Positions 37,636 through 50,125 of a stretch of 64,000 nt of DNA are shown here, in pieces; the stretch's first letter is position 1; every line of letters begins with the position of its first letter. Both the position numbers and the translations under genes were made by a program. The stretch is from Eledone cirrhosa (lineage: Eukaryota). The stretch is from assembly GCA_964016885.1 (NCBI GenBank), contig OZ024741.1, positions 265,298,001 to 265,362,000 of the forward strand, written 5' to 3'. The notes below the pieces were generated by a model, which was not told where the DNA came from, made no database searches, and saw only the letters and a list, made by a program, of their open reading frames with translations.

Positions 37636-39266
37636 CTGTAAATAAAGTTGGCACTAGGAAGGGTATCCAGCTGTAGAAACCAAGCCAAAATCGATTCTGT
37701 ATGAGCATGACCTGGCATTGCTCACAGCAGGATAACTCATCTAATCCGTGCCAGCATGGAAAAATGGACGTTAAACAAAGATGATGATGAAGATATATAA
37801 ATACACACACACACACATGTATATGTGTGTATGATGGAAGTTATAGAGTAGGTAAACCCAGAAAAACCTGGGACGACATGATAAAATCTGACCTCGCATA
37901 CTTATACTTCTCTAAGACAATGTCACTGGATCGAGACCTTAGGTGCTACACAGTAATACAGAAGACCCGCCTTCCCTTACGTACAAATTTAAACTTAGTC
38001 AGTAGGCACCTCTTAACGAAGTAGACACCCCATCCCACTACCACTACTCCATCCTCCCAATCCACCAACACCACCCTTTGTAAAGTTATGTTGGAACCAC
38101 AACATCCAGTCCAAACTAAAGAGGTCATGTAGGTGTCACGACAAAAAGCACCCAGTCCATGCTGTAAAGTGGTCGTGTAGGAGACACAGTAAAGAGGCTC
38201 CCTGTCCACACTGTAAATGTGGTTGGTGTTAGGAAGGGCATCCAATTAATCTTGCCTCAAGTGGAACAATTCCCATCTAACCCATGCTAGCGTGGAAGAT
38301 AGACGTTAAACAATGATGACGATATATATATGAGAGAGAGATGTTATTAGTTAAGATCAGTAAAGCATTATACAACTTAATATGTTATACTTATGAGTGT
38401 AGAAACAATATAAGCTTAACTGTAGGACAAAGAATTCCTAAAATATATATGTGGCTATGTATCTGTGTATGTCAGACCTCTGTTGGTCCCAACAAGGAAT
38501 GTTCCAGTTATTTTAGCAACAGAACGGTCTGCTCATAAAATTTACGTGCAAGTGGCTGAGCATTCTACAGACATACACTCCTAACGTAAGTCTCATGGAA
38601 ATTCAGTGTAACAGTGTGTGACAAGTAAGTCAGGCCCTTTGAATTACAGGTGCAACTCATTTTTCCACAGCTGTGTGAAGTGCCTTGCTCAAGGGCACAA
38701 TGGGCCACCTGGAGTTGAAATCTTGACCTTACTAAGACATGTGCTTTCATTTATATATATATTCTACCTTGAAACCTTATTATGACTATCAATAATACAT
38801 TTAACCTTTTCATAAATGCTTCCTTCTGTAAATCCTTTAACTAAATCTCCCAACTTTAAACCTAAATCTTACTTTTCTAATCTTATCTTAAATTATATCT
38901 TTTAATTCTAAACATAAATTTTACATTTCTAATCTTTAATCGTAATTTCTGACTCTACATTAAAAAAAAACTACTGTACACCCACTATATATATTTAAAA
39001 AAAAATATATTTCTTAGCACTTTTGACTAACTTCTATGTAACCTGATCTCACCGCTAGCATCTGTCCATGACGGGGTAGTGGTATGTACTATAAGCTTAC
39101 GGCCCCTTACCAGAACGACAAGACAAGACTAAGTAGAATCCTCACTTGAAGGCGGCCTCCCGGACTAGCAACTGCTAATTTTTGGCCGCCTTCTCGTCTT
39201 GGGCATCTCTCTCTGCTTTTCAGCCCCTTGGATTGTGTCTATTATATTTCTTTGTTAAATTTCGGA

Positions 39267-39324
39267 ATACCTGATGATGTCACTGGATTCATACTGACCC
39301 CAGTCATTGAAATGTTCATAGTAT
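39267..39324 (+). ncRNA. Type-I hammerhead-like motif in a (TA)n-flanked island
   Basis: atac-CTGATGA-tgtcactgg...ccagtcatt-GAA-ATGttCAT-A-gtat; stem I atac/gtat, AUA triplet; U/U at the base of stem II is non-canonical. Confidence 0.6.
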
Positions 39325-41654
39325 AATAAACCTTTAAGGAATTACACCAGTCCAGCCTCCTGTTATTTTATAATAATTAACTCCGTACTTACACCACCAA
39401 CAACACATACGAAGACGGGTGAGTTGCATTACGTTGAGTGCTCTCCCTAATATTATATCAAGGTCGACTATATGGAATGACCAGTTCTATCCAGTGGTGA
39501 ACCAACAAACCTAAATGAATATATATATATATAAATGAAATGATTGGAGTGATGAGTATGTAAAAATTTTGTAAACTTGTAGGGAACTCAAACACAAAAA
39601 TAGCTGTAAAACAGAATTGGCCATGCTGTACCTTGCTCCAATGAGACTGTAAATTTAACTGGTTTATTTTACAGCTGGATTCTCTTCCTAACACCAACCA
39701 CACATATATATATATAGATATCTAAAATTAATAATGAGAAAGTTATACTGAAGACCCACCTTCCCATGCATACAAACCTAAACCTACAGTCAGTAGGCAC
39801 CTCTTAATCCAATATACACCCCACCCCACACACCCTACTCCATCCTCTCATTTCCGTCCACTGTAATGTAGTCGTGTAGGTGACACGACAAAAAGCACCC
39901 AGTCTACACTGTAAAGTAGTCGTGTAGGAGACACAGTAAAAAGGCTCCCAGTCCACACTGTAAATGTGGTTGGTGTTAGGAAGGGCATCCAGCTGTAGAA
40001 AACCTGCCAGAAACTGTTCTGTATGAGTGAGACACAATCTCCCAACCAATCTTGCCTCAAGTGGGACCAAACCGTCCAACCCATGCTAGCGTGGAAGATG
40101 GATGTTAAACGATGATGATGATATATATATATATAGCCAATGGCAACTTTTTCAATCTTTAAGGGTCCTCTCCATATTTTATAGCATCTTTGTGCATGAG
40201 CACACCATTCTTTATATATATAGAGAGAGACAGAGGGTGAAATTGGAAATAGCGGAAAATATATTTAAGGATCTGTTTTTCTTTTCTTTTTTTTTTCCTT
40301 TCTTTGATTTGTCAAAGTGAGAGGGACAATTCTTTTAAAAAAAGAGTTTTATAATGTATATTACCGGTTTCAATGTATTAGTAAAATCCATCTTATCAAA
40401 TGTTGAGTATTACAATTAAAAAGAATTAATAAGAATTAAAAATTGAAGATTTGAAATTAAGTGTTGGGGCAAGTTTTTTTCATCTTCCTTGTTGAGAAGG
40501 ATATGTGTGTGAGTGTGTGTATATTATCAACTATAATAAGACACTGTTTGTATATTTATTACTATATATCTCTGTAACTCATTAAATTTACATATGCATA
40601 TTTCTTATGTCATTTCACTACAATAAGTTCACTTTCTAATGTCATTTCACTACAATAAGTTCACTTTCTAATCATAAAGTCCTGGTTTCTAACCTTACAT
40701 TTGTCCCTATAAATAGTTATTTCTCCAAAGTTACTCATTCATTTAATCCTGTTTCGCATTTGTACATATATGCTGAACATTTATGTAATTATATCCTGGA
40801 AATGAATTATTCTATTAAAATATTATTTTTATCTTTAATCACTTCTACATATTAGTAATCAGCATAAACTATAGGGTTTCTCTCATGCAAACACATTAAT
40901 TTATAAAAATTCAAATTCCCCACTTTGTATGATTGTTCATATATCCAGTAACCCTGGTATATGACATACTAATCATGGACTCCAAAAATTAAATATATTC
41001 AATACTGTATGATTGTCACTGTCGTTTTAATGTCCACTTTCCCTGCTATCAAGGGTTGGACGGGTATACATTGACCAAGTCAGTTCTGAAGCTGAACCAC
41101 TGATCTCCCAGACAGGTCAGGGATCTGTCTCTCACTCATGTACAGTCTCATGTTTCACCGCATGCACAGGAGAAGTTGTCATGCTTTTGACACAACTGAG
41201 GGTCCTCCCAACCCTTTGTTTGGCAAGATTTCTACAGCTGGATGCCCTTCCAATCACCAACCACTTTACAGTGTGTACTGGGTGTGTTTATCCTGTCAAT
41301 CACCAGCACTATGGAGGTTGTCATGTCCTTCACATGACTGAGGGTCCTCCCAATCCTTTGTTTGGCAAGATTTCTACAGCTGGATACCCTTCCTTTATCC
41401 AACCAATTTACAGTGTGTAGTGGGTGTGTTTATCGTATAGATCACCAAACACTAGGGAAGCTGTCATGTCCTTGACACAACTGAAGGGTCCTCATGGACC
41501 CAAGCACCAACTAAATAATGAGAAAGTCATATTAGTAAATCCCTCCAAATTGTTGATTATTTTCAAGATCATTTGAAAGCCATAGACAGTCTCTTTCATT
41601 AGAAATATTATAATGGGTTAATCTGGTGTTCTCTTTACACTGCTGAAATGATTT

Positions 41655-42886
41655 CGTTTTTACCGTTTCATTACCATATTTCATGATTTTTCAAATAATT
41701 TTGAAAATAGTGAAGTATTTGGAGGGACATAGTAATATAACTAACTTTCTCATTATTAAGTTGGTGTTTGGAACATAACTTAAAGGTTTTTATATAAAAT
41801 TATGATTGCAGGTTTTTAGATAAATAAAAAACACTTTAACCATTTTATTACCATATTTCTAATGAAAAATACAGCCTATAATTTTTAGATAAATATAAAC
41901 ACTTTAACCATTTCCATATGTCTAATATAGGACACTGCTGGGGGATTTAATAATGTAACTAACTGTGTTATTAAGCCAGTGTTTGAAACATATCTTAAAG
42001 GTTTTTACATAAAACTATGATGGAAAGTATTTAGATAAATATAAACGCCTTAACCATTACCATCTTTCTAACGAAAGATACAGCCTATGATTTTCAATTA
42101 ATTAAGAAAATAATCGAGAATTTGACTGGATTTAGTAATAGAATAACTTTTTCATTGTTAAGTTGGTATTTGGGACATATATTTTTTTTTTTTTACATAA
42201 AATGATGATAGGTGTTTTTTAGATAAGCATACTCACTTTAACCATTTCATTACCATATTTCTAATGAAAGATAGCCTATGATTTTCAAATAATCAAGAAT
42301 TTAAAGAGATTTAGTAATGTAACTAACTTTCTCATTATTAAGCTGGTATTTGGGACATATCTTAAAGGTTTTTTACATAAAACTGATGGAAAGTTTTTAG
42401 ATAAATATAAACACCTTAACCATTTCATTACCATATTTCTATTATAAAACACTGCCTTAAATAATTTTGAAAATAATCAAGAATTTGGAGAGATTTAGTA
42501 ATAATATAACTAACATTATTATTAAGCTGGTGTTTGGAACATATCTTAACCCTTTAGCATTTACATTACTCTATACTTACTATTATATTTTCACAGTAAA
42601 GACTTTACCTCACTTAAATATCTCACATAATATCGAATCTGAGATTTTGAAATTATTTATTTTGAGAACAATACCTTAACATAAGTATGAATAGTCTGTT
42701 ATGGCTGGTTTGAACAGAAAGAGGTGAGAGAACTCTGGCCAGATATGGCCGGTTTAAATGCTAAAGGGTTAAAGGTTTTTACATAAAATTATGATGGTAG
42801 TTTTTAAATAAATATAAACACTTTGAAATAAACAGCTTAGTATCACCGAACAAGGTGCTGTTTCAGGTTAGTAGCAAGAGGGTTAA
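41655..42886 (+). repeat. Diverged tandem array (about 180-bp unit) of MITE P1 body, ending in a piggyBac-like terminus
   Basis: Repeats of aaccatttcattaccatatttctaatgaaa...cattattaagctggt.tttgg.acatatcttaaaggtttttacataaaa; ends gcaagagggTTAA. Confidence 0.75.
42546..42772 (+). mobile_element. piggyBac-like MITE family P2 (TTAA TSD); copies 43909-44131 (-) and 52899-53114 (+)
   Basis: TTAA-ccctttagcattta...taaatgctaaaggg-TTAA; neighbouring repeat units show the empty site catatcTTAAaggtt. Confidence 0.9.
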
Positions 42887-43049
42887 AGTCTTTTGTAGTA
42901 TTTGAATCAACAATTTGCTCAATTTTATTTTGTTTGCATCATGTCACTTTATCAGATTAGTTTAACTAATCTAATTAAGAAAGCAATTAGCAAAATTTTC
43001 GTTTGTGTAATTATTTACTTATTGAATGAAGGGCTGTATTTGTGTTTAA

Positions 43050-43189
43050 TCTACAGCAGCAGTGTGTTCAGATCCAACACTAATTCTGTGTAGAGATTGT
43101 AAACCTTCTTTGATGGATCCTCCATTGAGTTTTGACGATGAGCGGCCAGTTTTTCAGTCAACTCAACATTGAAATTAACTCTTAACGTC
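43050..43189 (-). other. Candidate terminal coding exon of an unidentified gene
   Basis: Minus ttttatgtggtacag| then open frame TLRVNFNVELTEKLAAHRQNSMEDPSKKVYNLYTELVLDLNTLLL*; unique non-repetitive sequence; no homology recognised. Confidence 0.25.
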
Positions 43190-43736
43190 CTGTACCACAT
43201 AAAACAGCATGAGCAAAACATTCTTGAAAAGCATTATGACTGCATCACAAGGATGAATAATTTTTTCTATTATTCTGTGCAATGATTTTTTTAGATTCCT
43301 ATTTATGCTTATTATTATTTTTATTGCGGTGGATTGACAGTATTAGTAGAGTGTTGAACAACATGCTTTTTGACATTGAGTTACGTCCCCTTATGTTCTG
43401 CATTCAAATATCGTTGTGGTTAACTTTGCCTTTCATCCTTACGGGGTCGATAAAATAAAGTACCAGTAATGTACTGGGTAATTGCTGGCCTTGTGCCAAA
43501 AGTAGAAACAATTATTATTTTTATTGCAGTGGATTGACAGTATTAGTAGAGTGTTGAACAACATTCTTTGTGACATTGAGTTACGTCCCTTTATGTTCTG
43601 CGTTCAAATCTCGCTGTGGTTAGCTTTGTCTTTAATCCGTACGGGGTCGATAGCACCAGCAACACACTGGAGTCGATTTAATCGACTTTCCCTTCCCCTA
43701 AAATTGCTGGCTTTGTGCCTAAATCAGAAACCATTG

Positions 43737-45540
43737 TGACTGCATCACATTAAATATCTTTGCTCTAATACAGCCAACTTTCACAACACTCTCCCCACTA
43801 GTAAAGATACTATAAATATTTGAATTAACAAACTACATGAAACAGCATTAGCAAGACACTCTTGAAAAGTATTAAACAGCAATATGACTACATCACATTA
43901 AATAGTAGCCCTTTATCATTTAAACCGGTTGTATCCGGCCAGAATTCCTCTATCTCTTTCTGTTCAACTTGGTTGCAACTGGCCGCTCATACTAATGTTA
44001 AGGTATTGTTCTCAAAATAATAATATCAAAATCTCATAGATTTGATATTATGTGAGATAATTATGTGAGGTAAAGTCTTACTGTGAAAATATAATAGTAA
44101 ATATAGAGTAATATAAATGCTAAAGGGTTAAAGCCTTTGCTCTAATACAGCCAAATTTCACGATGCTTTGTCCACTAGTAAACATTTAAATTAACAAACC
44201 ACATAAAACAGCAATATGACTGCATATGACTAAATATTAAAATCTACCACTACAAAATATTGTAACTTTTTATAATAATCTGACCACTAACTAGTAAAGA
44301 TATAATTATTTGAATTAACAAATCCATTTTTAACTAAACTATTGCAGACTGTTTAGTGTTAACATATAAGTGGCTAAGTATTCTGCAGCACATGTACCCT
44401 AAATATAATTCTCAGACAGGATCAATATGGCACATTACAGATACAGCCCATCCAATGGGCTTCCACACAGTTTCCGCTGGCATTTACCCTATTTCACTCA
44501 CAAGACTTAGGTTGACCTGAATCTATGGTAAAGACATTTGTCCAAGATGCTATGTAGTGGAATTGAATCCAGAACTATGCCTATGACCACCTATCTACTT
44601 ATTTACTATACTTGTGTATAAGTTACACTACAATTTACAATGGTGCTGTGTGTATCCTGTTTAGCATAGGCACACTGTATCCCTATGTGTCATATGAGGT
44701 GACTAAAAAGGCCGGTACCAAGAAAGGCATTTGGCTATAAAGCATTACCTCTAAAAGGACCCTATAATGTGTTTAAAGCCGTTCATGGAATCCTACAAGA
44801 AACCCCCTGTTTTAGCAGAGAAAATAACCTTAACTTCTAATGTCTTCCTCATGAAACCACATGAGCAACATATTCTTGAAAAGTACAAAACAGCACTATG
44901 AGTGCATCACATTAAATATAAATTCTTTACTCTAATACTGTAAATTTTCTCAGTGATATGTCCATTAGTAAAGATACTATAAACATTTGAATTAACAAAC
45001 CCATTTTTACATATTTTTTGCTAAATTATTACAGGGTGTTAAGAGTTAACAGCCATACACATGCAACATTATTTTTAGTCCAATTGAATGCATCATATGA
45101 AATATTGAAGTCTTTCCTCTAATACTGCAAATTTTCACAACAATCTGTCCACTAGTAAAGCTACTATAATCATCTGAATTAACAAACCCATTGTTAGATA
45201 TTTTCTGCTGAATCATTACAGGATGTTAAGAATTGAAACAGTTGTATTCTTGGGTCAATACTTGATTTGGATGTAAGGTTTTGTAGATCCACGAGATAAA
45301 TCACATGTTGGTTTTTACTTCGATTTGTGAAGAGGGGAAGGTGTGACTTATCCATGGGTTATATTTAGTGAATTATCATTTTGGTGGGGAAGGGTTAGGT
45401 ATGATTTATCCAGAGTATATTTGGTGAGATATCATTTTGGTGGGGAAGAGGTAAGTCTGACTTATTTATTGATATATTTGATGGTATATCATTTTTGGGT
45501 GTAAGGGGTAGATGTGACTTACACATGGGTAGATTTGGTG
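43737..45540 (+). repeat. Old diverged local repeats (a roughly 150-bp unit in at least 4 copies, and a roughly 55-bp unit x4 at 45330-45545)
   Basis: tgcatcacattaaatat..ctctaatac..ccactagtaaagatactataaa..tttgaattaacaaac recurs; tgacttat...atatttggtg..atatcattttggtggggaag recurs. Confidence 0.65.
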
Positions 45541-46169
45541 GGATATCAAGTGGAGCTACTGACCTCTCAGATTGGGAGCCTACATCTTGCTTACAAATGT
45601 TCCTACACTCTACTGAATGCATTTTATTGTGGCACTAACATTAGAAAGGTTGTCATGCCTTTGACATAGCTGTTGAGTCCTCCCAACCCTTTCTTTAGCA
45701 AGTTTTCTACAGCCAGATGCCCTTCATATCACCAGCCACTTTATAGAGTGTACTGAATGCATTTATAATGTAGATCACCAACACTAACACAATTGTTATA
45801 TCTTTGACACAGCAACTTCCTGCTGTGTCAAAAGTGGTCGATAAAATTCATTCAATCAATGATTTTTCCATTCTGACTGATAAAGAAGTCGACCTCAATT
45901 GAGTTTCTTTGGATACTGAGTACATAGGGTGTGGTGTCACAATGGAACACACTCAGTACCTGTGCTCCTTCCTCTCAGTAATGTGGTGAGGGAAGAGACT
46001 GAGGCAACATAAAGAAGAGAGAATACTCTGGCTTTATCTAGTTGTTGGCAGTTCTCTCTTGCAACAAGAGAATGTACCCACCACACTCTTTAAAGTGGTT
46101 GGTGTTTGAATAGTCTAGAGCAGAAAGAACTCTCCTGATTCACTGTGAATATGACAACTTCTCTAGTAC

Positions 46170-46480
46170 TGGTGCCATAATAAAATACATCTAGTACACT
46201 TTGTAAAGTGGTACTGCTGGTGATACAATACAATATAGCTAGCACAGTGTTGGTGTCACAATAAAATACACATAGTACACTCTGTAAAGTGGCAGTGTTG
46301 GTGCCACAATAAAATAGACTTAGTATACTCTGTAAAGTGGCAATGTTGGTGCCACAACAAAATACACATAGTACACTCTGTAAAGTGGTACTGCTGATGC
46401 CACAATAAAATGCACCTAGTATACTCTGTAAAGTGGCAGTGTTAGTGTCCCAATAAAATGCACCCAGTACACTCAGTAAG
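46170..46480 (+). repeat. Diverged 48-bp tandem repeat from the same SINE segment as 36960-37635
   Basis: gtgccacaataaaatacacatagtacactctgtaaagtggcagtgttg units followed by ggttggtgttaggaagg. Confidence 0.8.
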
Positions 46481-47758
46481 TGGTTGGTGTTAGGAAGGAC
46501 ACCCAACCATAGAAACCATACCAAATATGGAGCGTATGAGCAATATTAGGCCTCTCTGACATGTCTAATCATAGAACATGACAACCTGTCCTGCCCATAC
46601 CAGTTAATGGTGAGATGCAACTGTAAAATGTTGTTCTTGGAGATAGTATTCTTGTAGAAAATTTAACCCTTTTTTATGACCATATTTCTGATGAAAGCCA
46701 CTTGACCATTTAACAACACCTCTCCCATGCTGGCATTGATTGAACAACTTAATTAGTTACTGTTCCTCTTCCTTAGATAGTTCCCAGTTTTGGTGTGGTT
46801 TCTCCAGCTGGATACCCTTCCTATCACCAACTGTTTTACAATATATGTGTGTGTGTGTGTGTGTGTTTATGTATGTGTGTGTGTGTCTGTATATATATTA
46901 TCATCATCATCATCATACGTCCGCTTTTCCCTGCTTGCAAGGGTGGGACGGCAACTGATTCTGGCTTGATTTCTACAGCTGGATGCCCTTCCTAACACCA
47001 ACCGCATTTACAGTGAGTGCTGGGTGCTTTTTTTCCATGGCACCTACACATCCACTTTACAGTGTGGGCTGGGTGCTTTTTTGCCGTGGCACCTCCACAA
47101 CCACTTTGCAGTGGAATGATAGGGACTCCAGTCCCTATCATCTCATTTCTACAGCTGAGTAAACTGGAGCAATGTGAAATAAAGTGTCTTGCTCAAGGAA
47201 ATAACACGGTCTGATGTGTTGTTTCCTTCAGCAAGACACTTTATTTCACATTGCTCCAGTTTACTCAGCTGTAGAAATGAGATGATAGGACTGGGGTCTC
47301 TATCATTCCACACGTTTGTATTCATAAATACATACACATAGATGTATGTGTGTATATACATATATGTGATGTGTGTGTCCCACTTTTTAGAATAGGTACA
47401 CCATAACATTGCATGTTATAAAAAGCAACTAAAACAAATTAGACATAAGAATGATGATGAACGATATATATATATATCATAAATCATGTCCTTAGAATTA
47501 TTAGATAAAATATATACCATTTCCTCTCCCAATTAGCATAATTAACCATATAAAAAATCAATTAGACCAGGCTATAAGAATAATGGTTCCTATGAAGAAA
47601 TTTCCGACAAATAACGAAAGCAGCCTCTTCGCGGTGTCCCAATAGAATATTTATCCAACATTTCAACAGCATGTAGAAACTGACTAAATATACCGTCAAC
47701 CATACACAATTAGGTGTAAATTCAAACTTAGAAGAAATGCGTACATACAGTAATTATA

Positions 47759-47833
47759 TCTCTACCATGGTTTCGTCCGTATTTTTAGACATCCAATTAT
47801 CAGGATATCCGAAGTAAGAGACTCATCAGGAGA
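47759..47833 (-). ncRNA. Type-I hammerhead ribozyme motif (canonical core)
   Basis: Minus: tctc-CTGATGA-GTC...GAC-GAA-ACCATGGT-A-gaga; palindromic stem III, GUA triplet, nested ggatatcc/ggatgtct hairpin in stem II. Confidence 0.8.
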
Positions 47834-48024
47834 AAAACTCAAAATTAGACATTTAATTTTCCAAAGTGATCCCGCCAAAATGAATATATATATGTTCGTC
47901 ATCTCCTCAGATCACTGACACTCATGGAGGAGATGACGAAGGACCATGACAAGTGGAGAGATGGTGTCCTGAATGGGACCCATCCAACCCTTACAAGCAT
48001 GGAAAAGCGGACGTAAAATGATGA

Positions 48025-48070
<46 letters not shown>

Positions 48071-48734
48071 ATAGAGAAGACCCGCCTTACCTAAATACAA
48101 AGTAAAACCTACTACAGTCAGTAGGCACCTCTAACAAAATACACCCCCCGTCCCACTACCCCCACCCCATCCACACCACCCCTTTCAATGTAAAGTTATG
48201 TTGGTGCCACAACATCCAGGCCGAAACAAATGAGGTCGTGTCGGTGTCATGACAAAAAAACACACAGTCCACGCTGTAATGTGGCTGTGTAGGTAACACA
48301 GTAAAAACCTCCCAGTCCACACTGTAAATGTGGTTGGTGTTAGGAAGGGCATCCAGCCATAGAAAACCCGCCAGACAGTCCTATACGAGCAAGACAACCA
48401 CTCTTGCCTCAAGTGGGAAAACTCCCGTCCAAACCCATGCAAACGTGGAATATGGATGTTAAATGATGATGATGATGACAAATACATACATATATGGAAG
48501 AGAGAGAGAGATTGTTACAGATATATAATTAATACTGTTTTTATTCATTTTTCCCCTTCAATTCTACCCCATGCTATTTATTGAATCACTTCCCTCTTCT
48601 CTATCCCTGAGATCAATATTATTTATCTTAAAAAATCACTAATCAAAATAATGAGGCAGATTGCCAACATATTTAATGGGCAACTAACCTGTTCCATGTC
48701 ACCCTCAGACCTTCTGCTCGTCAGCTGGTCTATC

Positions 48735-49455
48735 CATCATCATCATCATCATTGTCATCACCATTACTGCCATCATCATCATCATCATCATCATTGCCAT
48801 CCTCACCTCTACCATCATCCTCACTATCAACTGTCATCATCATCGTCACCACAATCATCATCATCATCATCATCACCATCACCACCGTCATCACCACCAC
48901 CACCACTACTATCCCCCCACAATCATCATCACCACCACCACCATCGTCATCACCACCACCACCACCATCACCACCACCACAATCATCATCACCACCATCA
49001 CCACCACCACCATAACCACCGCCACCACCACCACCACCACTGTTTTTCTATACTGGAATGTGTTGGTCAGGTCATCACAGTCCAAGTTACTACTTAATAT
49101 ATATTGTGTATGACAAATCTAATCTCGCAATATTTTTGCATCCCTATAGCAATAGCAGACACACACACATACACACATATATATACTCACACACACATAT
49201 ATATATACACACACATACACACATATATATACTCACACACACATATATATATATATATACACACATATATACTCACACACACACACACATATATATATAT
49301 ACACACATATACTCACACACACACACACATATATATATATACACACATACACACATATATATACTCTCACACACACATATATATACAAACACACATACAC
49401 ACATATATATACTCACACACATATATATACACACACATACACACATATATATACT

Positions 49456-49491
<36 letters not shown>

Positions 49492-49683
49492 CACACACAC
49501 ACACGCATATATATATATACAAACACACATACACACATATATACTCACACACACACACACATACATATATATATACACACATATATACTCACACACACAC
49601 ATGTATATATACACACACATATATATACTCACACACACACATATATACATATATACAAACACACATACACACATATATATACT

Positions 49684-49729
<46 letters not shown>

Positions 49730-50125
49730 CGCACACACATATATACTCACACACACATATATATATATATACAAACACACATACACACATATATATACTC
49801 ACACACACATATATATATATATATATACACACACATACACATATATATATTCACACACACACATATATATATATATACAAACACACATACATACACACGG
49901 ATATATACACACACACACATGCATATTCACACTTTTACACATGCATAGACATGTAATATACATCATTGATTTTTTTTTCCTTTTTTTTTTTATTATCCAT
50001 CAACCAAACAGCCAACCAACCAACCAACCAACCATCCAACCAACCAACCAACCAACCATCCATCCAACCAACCAACCAACCAACCAACCAACCAACCATC
50101 CATCCATCCAACCAACCATCCATCC
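48735..50125 (+). repeat. Compound simple repeats: (CAT/CAC)n, (CA/TA) mosaic, (CCAA/CCAT)n
   Basis: Directly visible; explains the poly-His and HTHIY ORFs. Confidence 0.95.

Noticed and set aside
37179-37676. Cys/His-rich repeat ORF resembling zinc fingers
   Set aside because: Translation of a SINE-derived 48-bp minisatellite with 44-bp frameshifting units.
48690-48735. Minus-strand mini-exon with cag|gttagt donor
   Set aside because: No polypyrimidine acceptor (abuts a TGA repeat) and its phase does not fit the 43189 candidate exon.
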